From contig NC_086097.1 of NCBI RefSeq assembly GCF_963921235.1, positions 3,100,001 to 3,164,000 of the forward strand: a stretch of 64,000 nucleotides of DNA. The letters are read 5' to 3'. The stretch's first letter is position 1. The number at the start of each line of letters is the position of its first letter. The stretch comes from Mobula hypostoma (Eukaryota). The translations under genes were made by a program, and so were the position numbers. The notes under the pieces are model-generated. The model ran no database searches. It saw only the letters and a program-made list of their open reading frames with translations, and was not told where the DNA came from. This document shows positions 39,663 to 49,869 of this stretch, one piece after another.

Positions 39663-39777
39663 GTATTGTTTTTCCAAATACGAATTGCAAAATGTTAGCA
39701 ATAATATTTTGATAATAGATACTAACATTTACTGTTCCTTAAGCTTAGAAGTAATTGCAGGTTTTACATTTTTATGC

Positions 39778-39967
39778 TTTCTTTTTGCACTACTTATATA
39801 ATTTAATTCATACTTATATACTCATTATTTAAGTATATACTAATATAATTTAATATACTGACTGTAATTTGTTTTTTTTATTATTATGTATTGCAATGTA
39901 CTGATGCTGCAACTAATAAAATTCATGACATATGCCAGTGATATTAAACCTGATTCTGATTTTGATT
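39778..39967 (+). mobile_element. Rex1/Babar LINE 3' tail abutting the unc79 acceptor
   Basis: tgtattgcaatgtactg...catatgccagtgatattaaacctgattctgatt. The same tail is attached to the Rex1/Babar RT body at about 48280-48360 (minus strand). Confidence 0.8.
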
Positions 39968-39970
39968 TAG

Positions 39971-40056
39971 ATGGAAGCTTCCTTCGAACTTTGGCCTCCT
40001 CTTTGATGGACTTCAATGAGTTGAGTTCAGTGGCAGCATTGAATCAGCTCCTGGAG
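39971..40056 (+). CDS. unc79: UNC79 coding exon: (D)GSFLRTLASSLMDFNELSSVAALNQLLE
   Basis: tttgatttAG acceptor and GTaatg donor; 86 bp, phase 1-0. Contained in ORF 39886..40116. Confidence 0.95.
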
Positions 40057-40140
40057 GTAATGCAGAACATGGAAAAAACTTGCTCATTAGCATTTTTAAA
40101 TAATGTTCTGCAATAGAAATCAATGTGATCCATTTATCCA

Positions 40141-40960
40141 GTTATGCTGGAGTTGCATAAAACTCGAGTTCAGCCACATAACACCACATACTATAGGAGC
40201 AGAATTAGGCCATTTGGCCCATTGAGTCTGCTCCACCAGTTCATCATGGCTGATCCAATTTTCTTTTCAGCCCCAGTCTTCTGCTTTCCACCACCAGTTT
40301 CCCTTTATACCCTGACCATCACTCAAAAATCTGTCAACCTCTGCCTTAAATATACATAAAGACTTGGCCTCCACAGCTGCTTGTGGCAACAAGTTCCACA
40401 GATTTACCACTCTGGAGTATTGCATACTGTCTGGTTACCCTGTTATAGGAAGGATGTCGAGGCTTTGGAAAGGCTGCAGAAGAGGTTTACCAGGATGCTG
40501 TCTGGATTAGATAGCATGTGCTATAATGAGACATTAGACAAACTTGGGTTGTGTTCTCTGGGGAAGCAGAGACTGAGGGGAGATCTGATAGAGGTTTATA
40601 AGATTATGAGAGCCACAGGTAGAGTAAGAGACAGCATCTTTTTCCCAGGGTTGAAATGTCTAATACCAGAGGGCACGCATTTAAGGCAAGAAGGGTTAAT
40701 TTCAAACCAGATGTGAAGGACAAGATTTTTTTGACACAGAGAGGGTGGGTGCCTGGATCGCACTGCCTGGCGTGGTGGTAGAGGCAGATACATTTGGGAC
40801 TTGTAAGAGATGGTTAGATAGGCACATCAATATGAGGAAAATGGAAAGGTATGGACATTGTGTAGACAGAAAGGATTAGTTTAGTTGGCCATTTGATTAC
40901 CAATTTAATTGGTTCAGCACAACATTGTGGGCTAAGGGTCCTGTTCCTGTACTGTTCTAT
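40141..40960 (+). mobile_element. CR1 3' fragment with a nested antisense CR1 tail (about 40180-40412)
   Basis: ORF 40381..40716: YRKDVEALERLQKRFTRML. Confidence 0.8.
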
Positions 40961-41055
40961 TTTTTTTAGAATATTATTGTAAGTTAAATGAGAAAAACAT
41001 TAATTAAGCATCTCTTAACTTTGTGTTGTTACTTTGTGATCCAAACACGACACAG

Positions 41056-41229
41056 GGTTTAAACAACAAGAAGAACTTACCAGCAGGGGGAGCCATGCTT
41101 CGCTGTTTGGATAACATCGCGACTTACATGGAAGCTTTGCCGATGGATTTACCAAACAATCTGTGGACTACAATCTGCAATCACTTCCAAACCTTTCTGG
41201 CCAAGCTGCCATGCATATTGCCTCTGAAG
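41056..41229 (+). CDS. unc79: UNC79 coding exon: GLNNKKNLPAGGAMLRCLDNIATYMEALPMDLPNNLWTTICNHFQTFLAKLPCILPLK
   Basis: cacAG acceptor and GTagga donor; 174 bp, phase 0-0. Contained in ORF 41023..41271. Confidence 0.95.
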
Positions 41230-41283
41230 GTAGGAATAATTTCGGGATTGGTTGCCATTCAGGAGAAATAACAATTGTAACTC

Positions 41284-41486
41284 AGAAACGAGAGATTTTG
41301 CAGATGCTGGAAATCCAGAGAAAGCACACAAAATGCTGGAGGAACTTAACGGGTCAGGGCACTATCAGTGGAAGTGAATGAGCAGTTGACATTTCACTCA
41401 ACCCAAAATGTTGACATTTATTCATTTCCATAGATGCTGCCTGACCTGCTGAGTTCCTCCAGCATTTTGAGTGCATTGCTCCAGAT
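41284..41486. mobile_element. Old head-to-head Penelope terminal-repeat fragments
   Basis: aaaatgctggaggaactta... and ...tgagttcctccagcatttt form a degenerate inverted pair. Confidence 0.65.
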
Positions 41487-41689
41487 AAGCACGTTCTTGG
41501 TTGCATATTTTCAGACTTTATATTGGACATCTTGTGCATGTGATGATGCCATCATTGTGTGTGGTGATAGAAATTGAATGTGGAAATTTTGACCCATAAC
41601 TCACTCACGTTCAAACATGGAGCAAACTGTACAAGTTGAGAAACATATGCAGTTCAAGGGTCTCTGTTGGAACAACCATTTTATCATAT

Positions 41690-41950
41690 CTTCTTCTTCT
41701 TCTTTCTGCTTAAGCCCATCACATCCACTGGGGCACAGACTAGTGACAGTAGCTTGCCAGAATCCTCTGTGCTGGGCTCAATCCTCCAAGCTTTCCCATG
41801 TGTAGCCAATCTTCTCGGTGTGCCCTTCCTCTCCCTGGGATGAGGTCTTTGGAGCTTCTGTAGCTCTGGGTTTTTATGAGATGGGGTTGCTAGTCCCATA
41901 CCCAATCTGCTTCCTTTCACAGCGGGGCTTGAGACCATCCGCGGCCAAGT
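41690..41950 (-). mobile_element. Short non-autonomous RTE-derived element
   Basis: (GAA)n tail on the minus strand; RTE-like 3' end and 5'UTR motif gggttgctagtcccatacccaa. Confidence 0.5.
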
Positions 41951-42259
41951 TACGTTATCATCTCTGAGTGCCCTACATTGACTGTGCATCTTATTAAAGT
42001 ACGGAGAGGAGAATGGCCCCAATCACTGTCACTTCTGCTCAGTCACAACATGGTGTTGGCAAATGTGCAGATGGTTGGGGTGGTGATAGTGCTATACAGA
42101 GGAGATCCTGTTAAAGACCAGTAGTCTACCCTTTAGCCCCCAATTTCCTGTTCTCTCTCTCTCCGTTTAAAAATTCTCTATCCAAGGGGGCAGTGGAGAC
42201 TCAAACACTTCATTCCTGACAGAAATCTATCGATTTTTAGTATGTAAAGGAAACTAATA

Positions 42260-43349
42260 TGGCAAGGGGGATTGGAACCAGTATGATAGAGCTGAGGATG
42301 AGCCAGGAGGTTAACAAGTAGATGATGGATGTAACATGAATGTGAGGAAGGACAAGCCAGTGACTGGCTTCATATGCAGACAGAGCAAAGAGTTAAATTG
42401 TACTGCAGAGGCAAAATTCCATAGGGTGAAGAATGCAGGACAGAAGATGGTGTATTTGAATGTGCGTAGCATTCAGAATAAGGTGGTTGAACTCATGGTG
42501 CAATTAGAGATTGGTCGGTATGATGTTGTGGGCTTCACTGAGTTGTGGCTGACAGAAGGCCATAGTTCAGAGCTTAACATCACAGGATAGACTTCGTATC
42601 GAAAGGACAGGCAAGAAAGCATTGGTGATGGTGTGGCTCTGTTGGCAAGAGATGGAATTACATCTTTAGTAAGAGGTGACATAGGATTAGAGAATGTTGA
42701 ATTTTTGTGGGTGGAGTTAAGAAACTGCAACGGTAAAAAAAAATCATGGGAATCATATCTCGGCCTCCAAATACAAACCAAGATGTGGGGTTGAGATGGC
42801 AAAGGGAGCTGGAAAATGCGTGTAATAAGGGTATTGGCAGAATTGTAATGGGGAACTTCAATATGCAAGGGGATTGGGAAAATCAGGTTGGTGTCAGATC
42901 GCAAGAGAGGGAACTTGTTGAATGCCCATGAGATTACCTTTTAGAGCATTTTGTGCTTGAGCCCACCTGGGGAAAGGCTATCTTAGACCGGGTGTGGTGT
43001 AATAACCCAGATCTTAATAGGGAGCTTAATGTAAAGGAACCCTGAGGAGGTGGTGATCAAAATATAATTGAATTCATACTGCAGTTTGAGAGGAAGAAAC
43101 ACGAGTCACATGTATTGCAGTGGAATAAAGGGAATTACAGAGGCAAGAGAGACGAGCTTATCCAGGTGGATTGCAGGAGGATACTGGCGCAGATGACGGC
43201 AGAGCAAAGGTGGCTGAAGTTTCTGGGAATAGTTCACAAGGCACAGGATAGGCATGTCCCACAGTTGAAGGTGTTGTCAAATGGCAGGTGTAGGCAATCG
43301 TGGCTGACAAGGGAAATTAAGGACTGGATAAAAGCCAAGGAAAGGGCAT
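42260..43349 (+). mobile_element. CR1 ORF2 endonuclease fragment
   Basis: VYLNVRSIQNKV, YDVVGFTELWL, IVMGNFN. Confidence 0.85.
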
Positions 43350-45526
43350 ATAGAAACATAGAAAACATACAACACAATACAAGCCCTTTGGCCCACAAAG
43401 CTTTGCCAAACATGTCCTTACCTTAGAAATGACCTGGGGTTAGCCCTCTATTTCTCTGAACTCCATGTACCAGTCCAGGAGTCTCTTAAAAGACTCTATC
43501 GTATCCATCACTGTTGCCGGCAGCCCATTCCATGCACTCACCACTCTCTGCATAAAAAAACTAACCCCTCACATCTCCTCTGTACCTACTTCCAAGCACC
43601 TTAAAACTGTGCCCTCTTGTAAAACTCTAGTTAGTCCACTGTTTTGTATTTCATATTTCGGTGCTATTTGAACAATAGAAACATACAGCACAATACAGGC
43701 CCTTCGACCCACAAAGCTGTGCCGAACATGTGCCTAACTTAGAACTACCTAGGCTTTACCCACAGCCCTCTATTTTTCTGAGCTCCATGTAGGCATCCAG
43801 GAGTCTCTTAAAAGATCCTATCATTTCCGCCTCCACCACTGCTGCCAGCAGCCCACTCCACGCACTCACCACTCTCTGCATAAAAAACTTACCCGACATC
43901 TCCTCTGTACCTACTTCCAAGCACCTTAAAACTGTGCCCTCTTGTGCTAGCCATTGCAGCCCCGGGAAAAAGCCTCTAACTATCCACACGATCAATAGCT
44001 CTCATCATCTTATTCACCTCGATCAGGTCACCTCTCATCCTCCGTCACTCCAAGGAGAAAAGGCTGAGCTCACTCAACCTATTCTTGTAAGACGTGCTCC
44101 CCAATCCAGGTAACATCCTTGAAAATCCCCTCTGCATCCTTTCCATGGTTTCCACATCTTTCCTGTAGTGAGGCGACCAGAATTGAGCACAGTACTCCAA
44201 GTAGGGTCTGACCAGGGTCCTATACAGCTGCAACATTACCTCTCGGCTGTTAAACTCAATCCCACGATTAATGAAGGCCAAAATCCCTCTTTCTTAATCA
44301 CAGAGTCAACCTGTGCAGTAGATTTGAGAGTCCCTATGGACTCAGACCCCAAGATCCCTCTGATCCTCCACACTGCCAAGAGACTTACCATTAATGCTAT
44401 ATTCTGCCATCATATTTGATCTACCAAAATGAACCACCTCACACTTATCTGGGTTGAACACCATCTGCCACTTCTCAGCCCAGTTTTGCATCCTATCAAT
44501 GTCCTGCTGTAACCTTTGACAGCCCTCCGCACTATCCACAACACTTCCAACCTTTGTGTCATCAGCAAATTTACTAACCCAACCCTCCTGTTCTTTATCC
44601 AGGTCATTTATAAAAATCACAAAGGGGAGGGGTCCCAGAACAGATCTCTGAGGCACACCACTGGTCACTGATCTCCATATAGAATATGACCCGTCTACAA
44701 CCACTCTTTGCCTTCTGTGGGCAAGCCAGTTCTGAATCCACAAAGCAAGGTCCCCTTGGATCCCATGCCTCCTTACTTTCTCAATAAGCCTTGCATGAGG
44801 TACCTTGTCAAATGCCTTGCTGAAATCGTTATACACGACATATATGGCTCTACCTTCATCAATGTGTTTAGTCACATCTTCAAAAAATTCAATCAGGCTC
44901 GTAAGGTACGACCTGCCTTTGACAAAACCATGCTGACTATTTCTAATCATATTATGCCTCTCCAAATGTTCATAAATCCTGCCTCTCAGGATCTTCTCCA
45001 CCAACTTACCAACCACTGAAGTAAGACTCACTGGTCTATAATTTCCTGGGCTACCTGTATTCCCTTTCTTGAATAAGGGAACAACATCTGCAACTCTCCA
45101 ATCCTCCGGAACCTCTCCCATCCCCATTGATGATGCAAAGATCATTGCCAGAGGCTCAGCAAACTCCTCCCTCGCCTCCCACGGTAGCCTGGGTTACATC
45201 TCATCTGGTCCTCGTGACTTATCCAACTTGATGCTTTCCAAAAGCTCCAGCATATCCTCTTCCTTAATATCTACAAGCTGAAGCTTTTCAGTCTGCTGCA
45301 AGTCATCCCGACAATCACCAAGATCCTTTTCTGTAGTAAATACTGAAGGAAAGTACTCATTAAGTACCTCTGCTATCTCTTCCGGTTCCATACACACTTT
45401 TCCGCTGTCACACTTGATTGGTCCTATTCTGTTACGTTTTATCCTCTTGCTCTTCACATACTTGTAGAATGCCTTGGGGTTTTCCTGTCTGCCAAGGCCT
45501 TCTCATGGCCCTTCCTGGCTCTTCTA
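43350..45526 (-). mobile_element. Antisense CR1: tail fragment (about 43350-43620) plus 5'-truncated copy (about 43675-45526)
   Basis: ORF 44342..45145 with NYRPVSLTS and KFADDTK. Same subfamily as 15844-20062. Confidence 0.9.
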
Positions 45527-46645
45527 GATGAGTGTGGCTTCATCTTTACAGTAGAGGAAGCCGTGGATAGACATATCAGAATGGGAATGGGATGTGGAAT
45601 TAAAATGTGTGGCCACTGGGAGACCCCATCCTCCCGCCACCCCACTAGGAATAGGGTTCCCCTTGTCCTCACCTACCACCCCACCAGTCTCCGGGTCCAA
45701 CGTATAATTCTCTGTAACTTCTGCCACCTCCAACGGGATCCCACCACTAAGCACATCTTTCCCTGCCCCCCTCTGTCCCCCCCCCCATCCCTTCCCACTG
45801 ATCTCCCTCCCAGCACTTATCCTTGTAAGCGGAACAAGTGCTACACATGCCCTTACATTTTCTCCCTCACCACCATTCAGGGCCCCAGACAGTCCTTCCA
45901 GGTGAGGTGACACTTCACCTGTGAGTCGGCTGGGGTGATATACTGCATCTGGTGCTCCTGATGTGGCCTTCTATATATTGGCGAGACCCGACGCAGGCTG
46001 GGAGACCGTTTCACTGAACACCTACGCTCTGTCCGCCAGAGAAAGCAGGATCTCCCAGTGGCCACACATTTTAATTCCACGTCCCATTCCCATTCTGATA
46101 TGTCTATCCACGGCCTCCTCTACTGTAAAGATGAAGCCACAGTCAGGTTGGAGGAACCACACCTTATATTCTGTCTGGGTAGCCTCCAACCTGATGGCAT
46201 GAACATTGACTTCTCTAATTTCCGTTAATGCCCCACCTCCCCTTCATACCCCATCCGTTACTTATTTATTATTATATTAATTTTTTTCCCTCCCTTTTTC
46301 TTGCTCGCTCCCTCTGACTATACCCCTTGCCCATCCTCTAGGTTTTCCCCCCCTCCCCCTTTTCCTTCTGCCTGGGCCTCCTGTCCCATGATCCTCTCAT
46401 ATCCCTTTTGCCAATCACCTGTCCAGCCCTTGGCTCCATCCCTCCCCCTCCTGTCTTCTCCTATCATCCCCCTCCCACTTTCAAATCTCTTACTAACTCT
46501 TCTTTCAGTTAGTCCTGACAAAGGGTCTTGGCCCGAAACGTCAACTGTACCTCTTCCTATAGATGCCGCCTGGTCTGCTGCGTTCACCAGCAATTTTTAT
46601 GTGTGTTGCTTGAAATTCCAGCATCTGCAGATTTCCTCGTGTTTG
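45527..46645 (+). mobile_element. Penelope-like retroelement 3' part (GIY-YIG endonuclease plus terminal repeat) with a 5' inverted segment
   Basis: CKRNKCYTCPY..GVIYCIWCS*CGLLYIGETRRRLGDRFTEH. 45527-45621 is an inverted copy of about 46050-46142. Decayed hammerhead at 46511-46546. Confidence 0.9.
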
Positions 46646-46753
46646 CCTGTCAAAGTTAGCCATGATCATATTGAATGGTCGGGGGGCAGGATGCTTCCTC
46701 TGGCCCCATTTCTTTCTATTCTGATAGACTTAAACGTGAACAAAAACTTAATA

Positions 46754-47444
46754 CGGTGCATTTCAGTTAATTGGTACTCATCGGTACCAGTACGTTTTGG
46801 CCCAAGTCAACGGCTGCCCCAATGAGCTAAAGTTTCATGGAACTAGTTAAAAAGGTATAAAACAAGACAACTGACAGTTCAATTGAGTAACAAATTATGT
46901 ATTTAAATAAAATACAGAACAAATTAGGAGACTGCAAGAGTACGATAAAACTGTATTAGTTCCTTATAGTTATCGACGGAGGAATTAATCCAATGTATGC
47001 TTCACTGTTCCTAAATGACTGTAAATGAACAAAATCAGCACAGGCACCTAGTACAGATAATGGCAAGTGTCAAACCCCTTTGTGAAATCCTGGCCAGGGT
47101 TAAAAAAATCAAAATAAAAATCAAAAATGATTAAAAATCACTGCCTTTCAAAACAGCATCCTTTGGCCCAAATGGATAACATAACACAAGAACACGCAAC
47201 TGACGCTAGTTAAGAACTGTTAACTTTAAGTACGGTGTAGTGTTAAATGACCACACAAGTACAAGTGACTGGCAGCGATTAGAAACTGTTCGGCAACAGT
47301 CCTTTGCCCTATTTACGTGGCACAGTGTCTCAAATAAACAAAGAGAATCGGGCTATTTCTCAATTAGTTCTTGTTGTTTAAGAGTTGTTCCAAAGTAAGT
47401 GGCTGCCGTAATTAACCGATGGTCCTATTGACTGGAATTCACTG
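46754..47444. mobile_element. TA-flanked MITE (Tigger/mariner type)
   Basis: ta-cggtgcatttcagttaattgg ... cctattgactggaattcactg-ta, degenerate TIRs. Confidence 0.65.
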
Positions 47445-47599
47445 TATTTATAAAATATTAGAAGTAGATTTTATTTGTTATGGCAGGATAAATCATATTT
47501 ATTTGGATGTACTAAAAGTTTCAAAATGTAGCTCTCAGTTACCAACAAAATAAATACCCGAATCCATGACAAGTTGTGATACACTCATTTCATCTTCAG

Positions 47600-47668
47600 T
47601 GCTGCTTGGATTCCGGTTTGGCAATCATGATCTGTCTTCTGAAGATACCTACTTCAAGTGCAACACGG
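47600..47668 (+). CDS. unc79: UNC79 coding exon: CCLDSGLAIMICLLKIPTSSATR
   Basis: tttcatcttcAG acceptor and GTaaga donor; 69 bp, phase 0-0. Recalled human sequence is CSLDSSLRIMICLLKIPSTNATR. Confidence 0.92.
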
Positions 47669-47799
47669 GTAAGACAAAGGGATTTTTATTCCATTATTTG
47701 TTAAGTTATTTTAGTTTTGTCCCTTTGTTACTTAGTTTTTGTCAATCTACAGTAGGACTGACTTTTAGATTGTGGTTAACATAAAACGTCAAAGAGTAC

Positions 47800-48225
47800 A
47801 GGTCAGGAACGGATATTCAGCCACAACTATTGTACTGATCCAATTAAATTAAAAATCAAGTGGGCAGCCTAACTAACCCATTCTGCCTACACAACATCCA
47901 TTTCTTCCATTTTCCTCACATTCATGTGCCTATCTAAATGTCTCTGAAAAGTCCCTAATGTATCTGCCTTTACCACCACCCCAGGCAACACATTCCAGAC
48001 ACCCACCACTTTCTGTGTAAAAAATAAAAAAAACTTGCTCCCAACATCTCCTTTGAAGTTAGCCCCTCTCACTTTAAATGCACACCCCTGATGTTACACA
48101 TTTCAACTCTGGGAAAAATATTCTGTCTACTCTGTCTATGCCTCTCATAATCTTATTACCCTCTATCAGATCTCCCCTCAGCCTCCACCGCCCCAGAGAA
48201 AATAATCCGTTTGTTCAACTTCTAT
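47800..48225 (-). mobile_element. CR1 3' tail fragment
   Basis: ORF 47887..48072 FFTQKVVGVWNVLPG. Confidence 0.7.
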
Positions 48226-48279
48226 TAGATATTTTCCAGTTTTTGCAATATTTACTGTTTGTGTGAATGGCTTTTCTCA

Positions 48280-49312
48280 TCAGAAGCAGAATCAGGTTTA
48301 TTATCACCGGCATGTGACATGAAATTTGTTCACTTAGCAGCAGCAGTTCAATGCAATACATAATCTAGAAGAGAGAGAAAAAAATAAAACAAAATAAATA
48401 AACAAGTAAATCAATTATGTATATTGAATAGATTATTAAAAATGTGCAAAAACAGAAATACTGTATATTAAAAAAGTGAGGTAGTGTCCAAAGCTTCAAA
48501 GTCCATTTAGGAATCGGATGGCAGAGGGGAAGAAGCTGTTCCTGAATCACTGATTGTCTGCCTTCAGGCTTCTGTATCTCCTGCCTGATGGTAACAGTGA
48601 GAAAAGGGCATGCCCTGGGTGCTGGAGGTCTTTACTAATGAACACTGCCTTTCTGAGACACTGCTTCCTAAAGATGTCCTGGGTACTTTGTAGGCTAGTG
48701 CCCAAGATGGAGCTGACTAGATTTACAACCTTCTGCAGCTTCTTTCGGTCCCGTGCAGTAGCCCCTCCATACCAGACAGTGATGCAGCCTGTCAGAATGG
48801 TCTCCATGGTACAGCTATCAAAGTTGTTAGGCGTATTTGTTGACATGCCAAATCGCTTCAAACTCCGAATGAAGTATAGCCGCTGTCTTGCTTTCTTTAT
48901 GACTTCATCAATACTTTGGGACCAGGTTAGATCTTCAGAAATCTTGACACCCAGGAACTTGAAGCTGCTCACTCTCTCCACTTCTGATCCCTCTATGAGG
49001 ATTGGTATTTGTTCCTTCATCTTACCCTTCCTGAAGTCCACAATCAGCTCTTTCATCTTACTGATGTTGAGTGCCAGGTTATTGCTGCAGCACCATTCCA
49101 GTAGTTGGCATATCTCACTCCTGTACGCCCTCTCATCATCGAGTTTCTACCAACAATGGTTGTATCATCCACAAATTTGTAGATGGTGTTTGAGCTATGC
49201 CTAGCTACACAGTCATGTGTAGAGAGAGAGTAGAGCAGTGGGCTAAGCACACACCCCTGAGGTGTGTCAGTGTTGATTGTCAGTGAAGAGGATATGTTAT
49301 CACCAATCCGCA
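48280..49312 (-). mobile_element. Rex1/Babar LINE, 5'-truncated
   Basis: PQGCVLSPLLYSL, KFVDDTTIVG, KELIVDFRK, KKARQRLYFIRSL; tail aataaacctgattctg. Confidence 0.88.
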
Positions 49313-49869
49313 CAATCTATTTTGTTGTCTGTTTATTTATCTATCTCACCATGATTTAATTTATCTATTAGTATGCTGCTTTCGGTTTATCTTGGTTGAG
49401 CTGTTCATCAGAATTGTTTCCACTCTATTGCCAAAACTTTGACAAAACTGGAGGAAAATCTGTTTAATGTTTCCATTAAATCGTCATCATGATCATCCTG
49501 TGCCATGTCGTATGAGATGGACGGTCATGGTCTTGATCCAAGCCATTGACAATACTCTTTACAGATTGCCTGTCTTGCGTCAGTGGTCACATAACCAGGA
49601 CTTGTGATTGCAGTTGCTCATACGACCATCCACCACCTGCTCCCATGACTTCACATGAGCCTGACTGGGGGCTAAGCAGGTGCTACACCTGGCCAAAGGG
49701 TGTCCTGTGGGCTAATGGAGGGAAGGAGTGCCTTACACCTCTTTTGTTAGAGATGTATCTCTACTCCGCCACCCAATGTTTCCATGACACACAGTCAATT
49801 TAGAACATTAAACAAAGAGCAAGTTTGAGGAGATTCTTCCTTTTAACTAACGCTCAACCTTTCTTGTAG

